DNA of 63,902 nt, the filler included, from Choristocarpus tenellus KU-1152 (taxonomy: Eukaryota > Protista > Phaeophyceae), in the NCBI GenBank assembly GCA_964200185.2. It is 10 parts of 10 records of this genome, joined end to end, with 100 filler letters (N's around TTAATTAATTAA, not from the genome) between each part and the next. Parts side by side here need not be neighbours in the genome. Positions count along the whole stretch, not along the records: positions 45,214 to 54,981 come from CAXNAD020003410.1; positions 55,082 to 61,084 come from CAXNAD020009195.1; positions 61,185 to 63,902 come from CAXNAD020025339.1; 7 more parts are not named here. One strand, 5' to 3'. Numbering within the stretch: the stretch's first letter is position 1; the number at the start of each line of letters is the position of its first letter. The notes below the pieces were generated by a model. That model searched no databases. It was not told where the DNA came from and saw nothing but the letters and a program-made list of their open reading frames with translations. Below, in pieces: positions 51,173 through 63,902 of this stretch. A program made the position numbers and the translations under genes.

Positions 51173-54100
51173 ATGCGGTGGTCTATACTCCCCGTGCTCT
51201 CAGTAGTCACCCCCATCTCGGCTTTCGCAGGGGTCATGTCGACTGCAAGTGGCACAACGGGTTACACTCTGTATCTCAGTGACAAATGTCCCTATGCACA
51301 GAGGTCATGGTGAGCAATTTTGACCTTAGTTGTTCGTTCAATGGATTTTTCCCATTGATTTCTCTACCTTCCGCCCCATAAATCCCTCGATAGCTTCGTT
51401 ATTGTGCAGCTTTGGCATATTCGTGATCTCGACAGATACGAGCGGACACCCATCCAATGTCTCTGATGGGAACTATGGTATAGGATGTTTTCAATTGTCG
51501 AAGATGATAAACCGAGAATCGGTGAACTGGATCCTCTTTTTATGATATGGGTATGTCCATCACAACCTACCTCAAAATTTCAGATCCGACCCCAACCTCA
51601 TCCACTATCTTGACAACATCGCCCACCTTTGCCACGCCGATACTCCTTGGCAGGATCGCAGCGCGGGAGCTTGGTGTGCCTTTTGAGCTTCACACTATGG
51701 GTTTGTCATTCCAAGAGTTGCTCGAAACGATATATCTTTCGCATGGTGTAGTTCCACTGTTCTCTCAGCTTGTTTTGTTTGTACATTATGAAGTAGTGGG
51801 CCAGCACACTCTGGTGAATAGGCGTTGCGATCGTGTCCATATTTTACTTGGTAGAAGCAGTCCTCGTAAATCAAGAGATAAATTGGTGCTACACCTTCTC
51901 GATCCAAAATCAAACCTCTAAATTAAGCATAACATTCCCCGTTCAACTCGCTAAATATGGTAGCTTGTTTACCGACATGTTTCCAACACTTCCTTTTGAT
52001 TTGAGTGGCTTCAGAGCAACAGAGTTGCTTCCCTATTATGGTACGAGACTCATACTTTAGCCCTCACCTGTGCATTATGCTCTGCCTTCGTTCTTGATGG
52101 AACTAGCATCAGTTGTTGTTCCCTCATTTACGCCCTCTGTACTCTTAAACATTTTTAATACCAGAGCTGGGCAAGGACAATAGGGAAGAATGGTACCTTA
52201 ACATCAATCCTCTGGGAAAGGTGCCTGCGGTGGTTTGTGGCGAAGATGTGGTGAGTGCTCCGCCACAGCATGGTAGTACTACCATGGGCTTTAGTTCACA
52301 TAGCACTTGGCTCGGCGAGCCAAGTGCTATGTTCACCCAAGGTGCTTGGTGCGTATATTAGATCACCAATCGTATCATTGGATGTTCAAGGCCTTATGGA
52401 ATACTTCTTTCTTTTTCCCCTGAGCCATTGAGAACAACAGTCTCCGCTGCACCTTGCCTCCATATTCCCATCATTGCAGTCATGGCCAGAAACTGATCAT
52501 GAGTATTTTTCTCACAACTTCAAATGGTGGGAAGGTTAATCCTACCAAAGATTACAGCCATTATAGAGGATCGACTCCTTCGAGGACTTTCCCCTCCCCC
52601 TTACCATTCAAGCACAAGCACCAACTCCCCACTTGGTCGCCTAATCATACAGGAACCTTGTACATACACAGCATACATAAGTGGCCATGTTCAGTGATCT
52701 GAAAACACTTCTCAATCAGTGAGACAGGGTGCCTTGGGGTGTTGCATTAAGTCCTCCAACCTTCACCGTGGAAGCAGCACGTGGCATTGCAATACTACAG
52801 AGCCATATAGTGTCTGCTATGAGGTTGGCATTATATGTTCAACTTCTGGGTCTCCCTCCCCCCTCCCCCGCTTCCCCCGCAAATGCTGAAGATGCATGAG
52901 CACTTACTCTTACTATTCTTGTCATGAACAGGTGTACGAGTCTCTCGTGATCAACGAGTACCTTGCTGATAAGTTTTCCACTGGGGCAGGCCCCGAGGGT
53001 GTAACACCACTTCTTCCTGGGACACCTGGGGGGCGAGCTATGGCAAGAATTGTGGCCCAGCGAAGCAATGACCTTGTAAAGGCGTATTTTACATACCTCA
53101 GTAACAAGGACCAGGTGCGCGCGCGCGCGTGTGTGTTTTGGCATCCGGGAATTCATATTTTTGTACAAGTTGTGAGCGTGCCCTGTGCGCCTACTTCAAA
53201 TACTTTCAATTTTTCAATCCAATAGTGAAAAGGTTAAGAATGGATGTGTTATGTGTGCTGTTGCCCTAATGCAGGATCTGTGAATACCGTCGACACCGGT
53301 AGGTATTTGTTTTAGAGTCTTTTGTCCAAACAGTCTTCTGCTGTGCTAGCTCCTGAACTCTTCCGAGCACTTGATGTTTCCTGTCTTTTATCTCTACTCT
53401 TGACTCCTGGGCGCTACCGGGCTTCACCCAGAGTCTCCATCTCCTCCACTTTTTTTTTCTGATTTCCTGCGACAGAGAGAGACTTTATTGTGACGAATGA
53501 AGCTGAAGTATTGAGAGGTTTGTTGACACCGCTGGGTGAAACTGTCATGTTGGCTCAATCTGACATCCAGGCGATCCTCGTGATTTCCACGCTGTCATTT
53601 GTATAATTCGTCGTACTTTTTTTTTTGTACTTTTTTTTTTCAGAAGGGATAATTCTCTTTTACACCCTGACTTGAAGAGGTCCAATAGCCCGCTTGCTCT
53701 TCCACATGGAGTTTTCCTGAGCTCATCAACACACTGCCCAATGAGTAGGGTAGCTGTGTTCTAGCACGGTTTGTTTGAAGTAGATTCAGTTTGAAATAGA
53801 TTCAGGCACTGTCAACAGGATAAAGTATCAAAGGAGAGAGACAAGGATCGTGGTTCATGCGGCGACTTTACCGAGTGCATCCTATTATTTAGAGTACAGA
53901 AAGTCAATGTTGGAAATCGGCTAGTGACACAAGTTGGGTGCATGGCATGTACTGCCAACGCCTGCGCAATTAATCTCGATTCTAGTATTTTGTTGGAAAT
54001 CGGCTAGTGACACAAGTTGGGTGCATGGCATGTACTGCCAACGCCTGCGCAATTAATCTCGATTCTAGTATTTTGTCATGTTCAGTGAATGAGATACGTC

Positions 54101-54634
54101 CAAAGTACAACCTTTCCCACCCCCTTGATCTTCTTATCGCGAAAGTATCTTGTTATGGTAGGGTTAGGGATAGGATCATGTTTTGCGTATATATCCTGTT
54201 GAGCCACTTGACTTGGTGTTAAGGGTTTGTTGGATACTGCTACTGTTGGAAGATACACATGACTGAGATTGGACTTTGATTGCGTCGATTTTGAATGCCC
54301 AGAGAGAGAGAGAGGTCAATAAGGCTCTTGGTCATTCTGCATCCATTTGTTGACTTCTTTGTCCCTCCTATACCCTATTGTCTGTCCCTCCTATACCCTA
54401 TTCTTTGTCCCTCCTATACCCTATTGTCGACACTTTTCCTAGGAGAAGGAGACTCCATTGCGTGAGAGCTTGGAGAAGGAGCTCAGGGTTCTGGATCAAT
54501 ACGCAGCGAAGTCGGTAGAGGAGGGGGGAAAGGGTTGGTTGTGTGGGAAGGCTGGCCTGGGCTGTATGACACTGGCAGACATGGCATACTTTCCCTTCAT
54601 GGAGAGGATTAGCGCTACTCTGAAGCCCTACAAG
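51173..54634 (+). CDS. Plastid-targeted glutathione S-transferase, Cys-type (omega/lambda/DHAR-like); 3' end missing
   Basis: Exons 51173-51309 (MRWSILPVLSVVTPISAF...CPYAQRSW), 51654-51700, 52165-52250 (INPLGKVPA), 52932-53114 (YESLVINEYL), 54443-54634 (TLADMAYFPFMER). All phases are consistent. Confidence 0.9.
53908..54076. repeat. Exact 83-bp tandem duplication in a GST intron
   Basis: tgttggaaatcggctagtgacac...ctcgattctagtattt x2. Confidence 0.9.
54357..54428. repeat. ~22-bp tandem repeat x3 just upstream of a GST acceptor site
   Basis: tgtccctcctataccctatt repeated. Confidence 0.85.
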
Positions 54635-54850
54635 GTTTGGCGTCCTGTTGCGTGTCTTTGTTGGCTATTGATGGTGATTTTTATGTGGGTAAGCACGCGC
54701 ACACACACATCAGTGCTTTGTTATGAGTTCTATGGGTAGTTTAGTTGGCAGGTCAGGGTCACTGGATTCAAGGCAAGAATTGTAAGCTGTGACTATCGTT
54801 CTTTCTTTCGTTTGTCAGTGCACTTCTAGTGGTGTCACATTTTCAAAGAT

Positions 54851-54981
54851 GGGTCAAAGTATCTGGGGGGGGGAGGGGGGGAGGGGGGGGGGGGGGGTGG
54901 GGTGTTGGCGTCCTTTTTTCACCCTTTTTTCGATTTTCACTGTTTTTGGTGTTATTTGGTCGCTCGCACGTGTTGGATTTG
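54851..54981 (+). mobile_element. Left end of a family C CAAAGTATCT element, cut by contig end
   Basis: gggtcaaagtatctggggggg...ggcgtcc...ttcgattttca...tttggt; matches 27134 and 30960-31065. Confidence 0.7.
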
Positions 54982-55433
54982 NNNNNNNNNNNNNNNNNNN
55001 NNNNNNNNNNNNNNNNNNNNNNNNNTTAATTAATTAANNNNNNNNNNNNNNNNNNNNNNNNNNNNNNNNNNNNNNNNNNNNGGAGGGTCGGAGTGGCGGA
55101 GGGGGGGGGGGGGGGAGGGGGGGGGGGGGGGGGGGGGGGAGGGCAAGGAAGAAGCAGATACTTTCATAATGGTTCACTATAATAGCGCATCTTTTGCTTG
55201 GGTGTAGGTCGAGGATTCCATGAACAAACAACCCTACAGGGCTGGCGGTGTATGCGGCTCTACTCGGCACTAAGTGGTTGTGCACGATAGCATCGTTGGT
55301 ACACTCAGGGAAGTAAAAAAACAAAACAAAACACACATACACACACACACACACAGGTCATGGTAGTACTGGCCTGCATAGCAACCACACCATGTCGGTA
55401 TTGAGTTTGATTTCACGTCTTCAATCCGGAGGT

Positions 55434-55476
<43 letters not shown>

Positions 55477-55770
55477 CCCGAAATGGCACATTTCTAAAAG
55501 CTATAGCCGTATGACCTCAATCATCGGAGTTCAAGGCACCTCAAGAAAGAGGAGGAGAAGAAAAAACCTTGCAGATCAATACGTACACTAGCTAGAATGA
55601 TTTCCCATATACATTCACACATTCCGGGGGCTCGGACATCCCTCGTGACAGCCCAAGGCACATTTGAAAAAGAAAAAAGGCGGTGACTAAATATATATAT
55701 ATATATATACATATATATACACACACACGGAGATGAATACGTATGTATGTGCCTTCCCCTCTCAAAATAC

Positions 55771-57771
55771 CTTAATACCCTGTCGGATATCCGGGTCAGA
55801 AAGAACGTCGAAGGTCTCAAACTCCACATCGCATGAACGCAAGATCTTGTGCGTCAGGGCACCATGGGGTCAAAAGGTCGGGTGTCGTTGATCCAGGCAA
55901 GGGACAAGAATGGGGCAATATTGGTGCAAGGGTTAACGGGGGGAACGAGCATTGGTGCGATCAAAGCAGTGATGTGTGCATATGTCTAGGTAGCTTTTGA
56001 TTGGTCAAAAGTATCTTGTCGATGATCTTCCACGAAAGAGCCGACAGGGGATAGTGAGGGGCATTGCTTAGAAGCGCTTGTTGGAGGTGTGCGTATGCTG
56101 CCAAGGTGACCTCAAGAGGGCTCAATGAGTACTATTATGCATGCAATCCCAAGAAGCAACTGCTTCGAACCCTCGTGTAGGACACTCTGGTCCCTCTTGC
56201 AGGTAGGTTGCAACACTTCGCACTACAAGAAGACCTAGCCTCTGTGCTATCGGCACTTTCTATTTGTTTAGTGTATGTCTGACACTTGGCTAATGATGTC
56301 TGGGTCAACAGTGGGGAGGTGGGGGGGGGGGGGGCACAGGGTATGGAAGAGAGATCAATTATGTCAAATATCTCAGATTTGGTAAGTCACCTGGATGGCA
56401 GTGTTTGAGAAGCCACACTGGGGGAACATCTTATTTCCCTTCATGAAGAGCATCACCTTGTTGCCCTTGACCATCTCTTTAATACGCCCACTGCCAAAAA
56501 GAACAGGCATGAAGGTTAACACATGTTAGTCAAGAAGTCATGGACAGAAAATCCTGACCTCCCCCACCCCCCTTGATTTTTTGAAGTACAGCAAGCGAAT
56601 ATGGACTTTCCCACACTTCAGCACGACACGACATATGGTAGCAAGGAACTGGGAGATTAGAGTGGGGAAATAGGACCGGGACTATATAGATTGGACATGG
56701 GCAAATGTGGAAGATAAAGAGAGATGTTGAGAACAGGAGATAAGAGATAAGAAACGAGAACAAGCGAAGGTCTAATGTTTAGTGATGGGTGCGGCACACA
56801 AATTTGGCGCATTTGGCTCGCCAATTTCTGTGAGTGTTCAATCTGTGAGTTGAAGGACTCCAATCGTGATATTAGAAGGAAAAAATCGTGTTGGTGGTTC
56901 GGAATACTCACGCGGCCTCTTTTGCCATCTCCTCCATCTCCAGGGCTGCATCAGGGCGAAGGTTCTCCCCTTCCATCTGCGCCTTGAGTACCGCCTGAGG
57001 GCAAAAATACACACAGAAGAGAGGGGGGAGGATGAAGACAAATAACGATAGCTCGAAGATGTAGCAAGGATAAGTATGGAATGACACACTAGAGCACTTG
57101 TGATGCGGGTACAATTGTCGCTACAATCACCTTAGCAATGGTCAGTCAATGCACAAGGAATTAAATCTTTGTCAAGAGATTGAACGAACGAGAAGGGGTG
57201 GTACCCAAGCAGGGTAAATATGCGCTAAGTACATGGTCAACAGGGAGAAGACATGAAAGTATCGATGTAGGAGCTGGAATTGTAGAGGGTAAGGTTCACC
57301 TCTCAGACGGAGGTATAGCACAGGGTGGGCCATCTTCGGCAAGCGACCAAAATCCTATCAACCATGCCAGCGAGATTTTCAAAAGCTGTATATGCTCTTC
57401 GTGACCCAGGAAAGGTTCACCACTTCACATCTAGTTCACATAGGCTTGATGACATCAATTGAGATACGACGCTACGAGTTGCATGTTACTGTTGTAGGTC
57501 AGTAAGCGATACAATAGTATTTGCAATTTTTGCATGGAGTAAGCGGGAGCAACATCTAAAATTGATCATGGGCGAGATTGCAGCTGGACAAAAGATAGGA
57601 AGGGTCCGAAGATGTCCTCACCCGACTCCGAGACGTGGGGGTCTTCTGTGAGGTGGGAAGAGCAAGCCTCATCCTTGAACCAAAGGCAGGGGTGGGGATC
57701 CTAACAAAGGCTGAAGCCGAGGCCAATAGGGCGGCTCCAAGGACCACGAGGAGAGCAGTAAGACGTGGCAT
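55771..57771 (-). CDS. Plastid-targeted monothiol (CGFS) glutaredoxin; final exon(s) not found in this contig
   Basis: Exons 57771-57622 (signal peptide ending ASA-FV), 56994-56912, 56490-56391 (VMLFMKGNKMFPQCGFSNTAIQ), 55845-55771 (ILRSCDVEFETFDVLSDPDIRQGIK). Confidence 0.9.
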
Positions 57772-57950
57772 GACTATCAGGAAGACTTCACTACCTATAA
57801 CTCACCAATTGAAGGGGAATTGAATTAGGACAAGAATGACACTAAGATTACTCTCCCGCTCTGGGCGCTACAGATCGCTACATAACATTTCCATACAGAG
57901 AACGTTTCAACTGGAAGTCAGGATTGGGTCGAGGGTAGTAGAGATATATT

Positions 57951-59884
57951 ATGTCTAGAAGTCTAAAGGACATGGCCAACTTTACTGCACCTGATGGGAC
58001 AAAGTTTACCGACAGGTCAGAGTTCCGAAAGTATGTCTTCCTCACGCAGTACACTTTCAAGGACAAGTGAGTTCCTATCGTAGTTGTTTCTATTATATTT
58101 GCCGTTTGAATTCACATCCACGTACAGTATTGTCGACTTGCTCGCACCAGCCTGTAGTCTGGGCCGCAACGTGAAATTTGGTTCTAATACTAGTAACGAC
58201 AAGTCGGTGTAGCTTTGCATGATTATTCATGCTACCTATGCTCTCCTTTTTGCACCACGGGTGTCAACTAGGGTGGGAGAGTGCCTAAAGAGACTTCCTG
58301 GTGATATTGGAGGGCAGCCATTTGATCTTACTTCATTGACAGAATGCGAGGTTCTGCTATTGGACCATTCCGAGGCTGTGCAAGCAGACGATCTCAAAGG
58401 CTGCAAGTGAGTGTGGAAATGAGATTTCTTTGATGACGAGTTAAACCGATAAAAACGGTGTGAGATGCAAAGAACCGCGGCAGATCTTTTGCATACACTT
58501 CGTACGGCAGAGATCTTAGTTTGACGAGAGTATAATGGAGGGGTGGTGAAACTGATGTTTTCAGCCCGTGTACACTATACCGATTGCTTTACTACTCCAA
58601 CTTCGATGTGCGGCCACCCATGAAAGACAGCAAGGTACAATCTCCTCCAAATCCTGTGCACCTCGCCTCGTATTCCCTCACCCCCCCCCTTCGCTCTGCC
58701 CTTCGTCGGCTCATGCTATCCTACGGATTTAGTGTTCAATATGTCTCAATGTGTTGGTGGTTTGTGCTTTGGAGCAGTCTACCTGTGCAATTACCTGAAG
58801 CTCCTGATCACCTCATCGTTCTCTCCCCCATCGCAGAATATTCATCGCCGCGTGCGCAGACTCTTTGTTTGTGCGAGATTGCTCAGACTGTATTTTCACA
58901 GTTGCGTGCAAGCAGCTGCGTACGCGGAATTGCCATCGGTGTGTGTTCCATCTTTACAGCAAGACAGAGCCCATTATAGAGATGTCGAGTGAGATTTCGT
59001 TTGCCCCGTTCAACGGGGCCTACAAAGGGCATGCCAAGGTGTGCTTTCCGCCCATGGCCGTGCTGTGGGTAGCTGAGATATAGCCTTGGACACACATAAT
59101 GTTATTATACCCTTACTCCTTAAACTTAGCTTTGGGTTCTTTCCGTGTTCAGTACATCGCACTACACCGATTCCTGTGAGTTGTGTTAGTTATATAATGC
59201 TATGTAGGGTAAAGGAATTGTTTTGCACAAGCCCCCATGCCCCATTGACAATACCTACTTTCCGTTCCTTGCTTGGAATCGTGATACTGCTGGAGGAGGA
59301 TAACACAATTTGCTAGATTTGTTGGCGATATATCTGCATTTTTTCCTTCCCACATTTTTTTTTATTGGTAATATAATGTTTGTATTTTTTTCTGACAAGG
59401 AAGTGACTCAAATATGTACATATATATATATATATATATATCGATAGAAAAAAAACACTCCACATAAAAAAATATAACTGCAAGAGTACTGTAGCCGCCA
59501 GTGATAGGAAGAGGACATTCACATTGGACGGCAATCAATGGTATTGCAATTGGTGTCGCCTCTACAACTCCTTAAGGAACCTCTTCTTGGGGAGAGTGTG
59601 CATTGAAACCCTCTATCTCTGTGCTGACACTGCAGTCAGTCGGCAAAGCCAGTATAATATGTGGAATGTGCTATACAGACTGCTGTGAGTCTGTTTGCAC
59701 TGCCACTTATGATGCTGCCACAACATTGTTGTATCGTCTTGTCATGGTTGGTAAAGATTTGTGCTTGAAGTGAAAATGGTGCAGACACTGAGCTGTACCT
59801 TCGAGAGGCCCTCCCTTCTGCATTTAGAATGTAAACAATATACAGACTGTTCTATGAGTGTCCTATGCGTATATACAAGTTCGT

Positions 59885-59941
<57 letters not shown>

Positions 59942-61018
59942 TATATAGAGGGATTGGTTGATGCTTTGAAAGCAGAAATCACTATCTTTCAGTGACCTCC
60001 CTCGTTAAATGGTTGGGTTATGGCAAGGCTTCTTTTAGTGTTGGTAGATACACACACACACACATTACGACACTATGATTATGAATATCCCTAACCCTAG
60101 TGCTATACGCCAACACTCACTTGTATGCGAATACGATTGCGCATGTGCTACATCACCAATGCTCGTAACCAGCACTTAGAAGAGGCCAATCTGACATCGC
60201 CCAACCTGTGGTTCGGAGTGTTTGACTTCAATGATGAGGCCACCACAGGGAAGAACTGGCGCATTCTAGAACCCGCTGGTGAGAACTCAGGTCCAGGTTT
60301 GTGACAGTTGTAATTACTTGGTTGTTCTCTCTCTCTCTCTCTCTCTGAAACTGTTATTTGTGCGTTAAAAGCTTAGGTGGTTGTTCTCAGGCCGATCGAT
60401 CCTGATGGAAAAAAAAACGCTTCCATCCTATTCGGAAACCTTGTCCTGTTGCCGCAGACGCACCGTGAACAGTCTCTTCAGGGTTATTTATATACAGGGG
60501 GGATATAACTTCCGAGCGAAGACAGTCTTTGCAAACAGTACAAAAATAAATAAATAATAGTTAAAAAAAAAAAAAACCCTTTTACGTAGTCGGAGGGTCA
60601 ACAAGAACGGCTTGCTTGCCCAACACGATATTGTCTCAGCCGACCAATAGCCGGAGACAAAATGTTTTTGTTTTTTGTTTTTGTAACCTCCCTCCTCAAT
60701 ACACATCCCTTTCTGACCATGCATGCGGAACTCCTTGCCATTTTCACCGCATGCACGCCTTCCCAAGAGGAGGGAAGACCGTGGCTGCCCTTAGGGGACT
60801 GTGCAAAGATTGATGTACCTCGGACTAAACCTGGTTCCATCCCGCTCCCCAGCAAAGGCCCAGGTGGGGCGGTCGCGGGGGCTGAGGCTACTGGAGGGGC
60901 TGGGATAGGGGCAGGGGGCGGGGCAACGATGTCGTTCTCAATCGACACAGACGCTTACGCAGCGGCTGCAGCACACATGCGTATGGAGGACGATTTGATA
61001 CCACAGCAACAGCAGAAG
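57951..61018 (+). CDS. RP2/XRP2-like TBCC (tubulin cofactor C) domain protein; 3' end incomplete
   Basis: Exons 57951(or 57972)-58066, 58272-58406 (PGDIGGQPF...LLDHS), 58837-59038 (SLFVRDCSDC...ACKQLRTRNC...TEPIIEMS...FAPFN), 60173-60278 (NLWFGVFDFN), 60768-61018. Confidence 0.88.
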
Positions 61019-61184
61019 GTACAGCGTGGCCTGGTTACCCTGGAAAGGCATATCTCTGGAGGGGAGGGGGAGGAAGGAGGAGATNNNNNNNNNNNNNNNN
61101 NNNNNNNNNNNNNNNNNNNNNNNNNNNNTTAATTAATTAANNNNNNNNNNNNNNNNNNNNNNNNNNNNNNNNNNNNNNNNNNNN

Positions 61185-61248
61185 CGGTGATTCTCTTCGC
61201 CACCCTTGCCTGAGTGAACCACGCCGCCACAGAATCACACGATTCACA
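61185..61248 (+). mobile_element. 3' end of an LTR, same family as 360-738
   Basis: ggtgattctcttcgccacccttgcctgagtgaaccacgccgc...gattcaca. Confidence 0.65.
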
Positions 61249-61357
61249 ATACGTCTGTTTTATATCTTGGACTTGAGTGCTATGGGATAACATGTGTGGG
61301 ACATACTAACAATTTGTATGTGGAACGAATTTAGCTTTCTCAATACTACTGTTAATA

Positions 61358-63001
61358 CTACCTCCATGCCACAAGTCTGTGCCGCGTTGTCCATCATTTT
61401 TGAAGATGTTGATGAAATTCATTTCTGAAAGAAGATTTGGAATCCTTGATGGATTTCTGGTTAGGGTCTGCCCTTCTTCTTATTTCTCTCCATCCATCAC
61501 AATTGCATCAGCCACAGAAAAGCCCCCATGTCTACATTCGGCGTGTTTTCAACCTCACCTGACAACTGGATCTTCCTTACCCCTGTGTGCTCCACACTGA
61601 AGACATTCCCCCCTTGTACCTAAGTACTTGATTGTACACCACGAAAGGAGCTGCCAAGCCCTCTCAAGTGTGGTTTCATCATACTCCCCATACTGTTTCT
61701 TAATGACCTTCACCATCTCCTCGACGAATCCAAACCACTCCCCCATCACCCGGCATGTCAAAGACCTGAAGAAGCACAGGTCCAAGGTATTGAGGTCGCG
61801 GGAGTTAAATGGCTGCGTCATAAGCCTAATCGACTACCCCTCAGTCTTCTGCCCGTGTGGAGGGTGGCACCGTCTTGCTGAACGACAACGTGTTTCCCCT
61901 GCAACCAAGGCATCTTGGTCTTGATTGCAGGCAGTAACTCCTCCGTGTACCACTACCTGTACCACAAATGGTCTAAAATACAGTCCTGCTCATACATATT
62001 CCCCTTTTCATGGTTCTTGCTTGTCCTACCTGCCGTTTTGGCACACACACACACCAAACACCAAGCTTTCCATCAATGCTGTGAGCCAAATCTGGGCGGG
62101 CATTGGCTGCAGTGATCATGGTTTTGGTATGACTCTTGTGCTGCACAGTAGGGGAGCCTGGAAGGTCGCTATCATCCTTATGCAGAAATACCCTAACCCT
62201 TTCCCCATCAGCCATCACTTTAAACCAGGTTTTTCATCCACATGGATTGTGTTCGCATGGAGGCGTACACGCCACGTTTCCGGTCCACTTGATGGCAAAC
62301 AAAGTCCATTCTCCATACCTTTTGCCACGATTTAAGATTGAGTTGATCTAGCGGCGTTTCTATATGGCCCCCATGTTATCCAACCAACTCTTTATCGTGC
62401 TCATGCTATAATTCAGCCCCTTGACGATCATTTTCATTGTCACCTGACGCACTGTGGATGACCGATTATCGGAGTTGATACTATGTATTGCAGCGGCCAC
62501 CTTGGTCGGTGTGAGCTCCAAAGGCCGCCCACTAAGCGTCACCACCCCTAGGTCAAGCGTGTGGCCACGGGTGAGCTGATCAGCAACGTCCTCCCAGAGC
62601 CCTTGCACGTAACGCTCGGACACTCCAAACTCCTCTGCAAGGGCCAGTCCAACATATCACGGTAGTTTATGCTTATCAGGGGCCATCGAGAGGGCATGTC
62701 GCACTGCAAGCACAACCCTGGTATTCAGGGACACTTGGGCACCCTTCCTACGCGGGGGGGTTGATGGGGGGGTTGCCATGCCGACGTTCTGACCGTCGAC
62801 GTGTCCAGTTCTGGCCTCAAATCACCCCAAAAGATCACTACTTTAACGGATTGAAGCACCTCGAGTTCTACCTCATGATCCTCGACCCCCACCTTTTCTG
62901 AAAGCCGAGATTATCAACCCAATCTCATTCTGTGGGGTTATCGTCCGATTCGCTCGGCAAGCCCAGATGTTTCGCAGTACAAACTTATGGCACAGAGGTA
63001 G
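61358..63001 (-). mobile_element. Full-length defective Tc1/mariner DNA transposon (1644 bp) with Stowaway-like TIRs and TA TSD
   Basis: ta|ctacctccatgccacaagt ... acttatggcacagaggtag|ta; contains a transposase pseudogene. Confidence 0.9.
61480..62779 (-). pseudogene. Mariner-type (plant DD39D-like) transposase pseudogene
   Basis: MATPP...LAEEFGVSERYV (HTH) ... IHVDEK.WF ... VQHKSH...ARP...DGKLGVW ... QQDGAT ... TQPFNSRDLNTLDLCFFRSL; several stops and frameshifts. Confidence 0.88.
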
Positions 63002-63256
63002 TATTAGTATTTTGAAGCAAGAACAGTGGATTTTAAAAATTGAGGATGGAGCATACTATTGAGGATGGTTTTGACCGAAAATGGTGCGNNNNNNNNCCCC
63101 TTTTTGAATGGGAATCCATGCCGAAGGTGGTAGTAGGACATACTTAATTGATCTTGTATGTTTCCAATGTCCAGAAACCAAAAGGTAAAAAAAAATGGCA
63201 CCCTCCAATTTTTTGAGATACAAAATCTGAAATTGTTGGACATTTGTATTCTTAAA

Positions 63257-63366
63257 GAGTGAAATTATCTTAGAGGGTACACAATAGCCAAAATTACATC
63301 AAAATCACAACATTGTATTTTGACCCCCAAATGGACGCGGCTCTACCCTCTAAGATACTTTGGCAC
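63257..63366 (-). mobile_element. Internally deleted MITE family A (110 bp) with 4-bp TSD (taaa)
   Basis: taaa|gagtgaaattatcttagagggta...taccctctaagatactttggcac|taaa. Confidence 0.88.
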
Positions 63367-63902
63367 TAAAAATACTTGAGACGACAAAAAGCGGTTCTTG
63401 AGTTTCGGTGATTTCTCTTTCTGTTGACAATTGTATTATATGAAAAAAGGAATATCGAACAACATACGATTACATATTGAAAAGAGACAGAGAGTAAAAG
63501 TTTTTTGTGACCTTTTCGTTTCGTACGTTTCAAACGTATTTGGTCAATGAAGGATGTGGTTTGTATTTTTATTTGTTTGTGTAAAGATTAGAATATCATT
63601 CTACTTTTGGAAAAACCCTAACGCATGTCTTTTGGGTGTTCAATGGTATTCAAGTATACCGCTAACCTTGAATACTGTAGATCCGCTTTTTTGTGGTCTC
63701 TAGTGTTTAGCAGTGTTTATTTAAATACTAAAGACGCCAAAAAGCGGATTTAATATTTAATTAAATAGTGGGTACGAGTTGGAAAGACTTCTTAGGGTTT
63801 CTGAAAATTGGAAACGTGTGAGACCCATAAAGTGCTTTCTTGGTATTTTTAAAAATCCTAAGAACGGTTTTTAGTGGATTTAGTATTAAAAAAAACCCTA
63901 AG

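Noticed and set aside
51173-51240. Apparent frameshift in the GST presequence
   Set aside because: Recounting shows MRWSILPVLSVVTPISAFAGVM is in frame.
47905-57771. Three-gene plastid redox cluster (MsrA-like, GST, glutaredoxin)
   Set aside because: The glutaredoxin lies across an artificial linker, so its physical linkage to the other two is not established.

Overview
Eukaryotic nuclear DNA, most likely from a brown alga or a close photosynthetic stramenopile. The evidence is long spliceosomal introns, signal peptide + AF plastid presequences and short TTAGGG tracts; the species cannot be fixed from sequence alone. The window is about 10 contigs joined by nine identical 100-nt linkers (44 N + TTAATTAATTAA + 44 N), so adjacency across linkers is unproven. 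Genes reconstructed exon by exon: a TKL-type protein kinase (-), an intronless BTB/POZ + Btk-type zinc-motif gene (+), a 5'-truncated SAM methyltransferase (-), a plastid/lumen MsrA-like gene (-) head-to-head with a plastid CPYA-type GST (+), and a plastid CGFS glutaredoxin (-) head-to-head with an RP2/TBCC-domain gene (+). Most of the rest is transposon debris: copia and gypsy fragments with LTRs, a full-length dead Tc1/mariner element with Stowaway-like TIRs, and an abundant MITE system (CAAAGTATCT TIR core, GAG...CTC ends, 4-bp TSDs; Sola-like). The most notable signals are two short, decayed, AT-rich fragments of bacterial genes that look Rickettsiales-like (PBP1A and RimM), embedded in contiguous algal DNA. 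Also notable are three GC-AG introns, a compact divergent pair of plastid redox genes, and a telomeric insertion flanked by a 19-bp duplication. All family assignments come from recognising motifs by eye, not from database searches.
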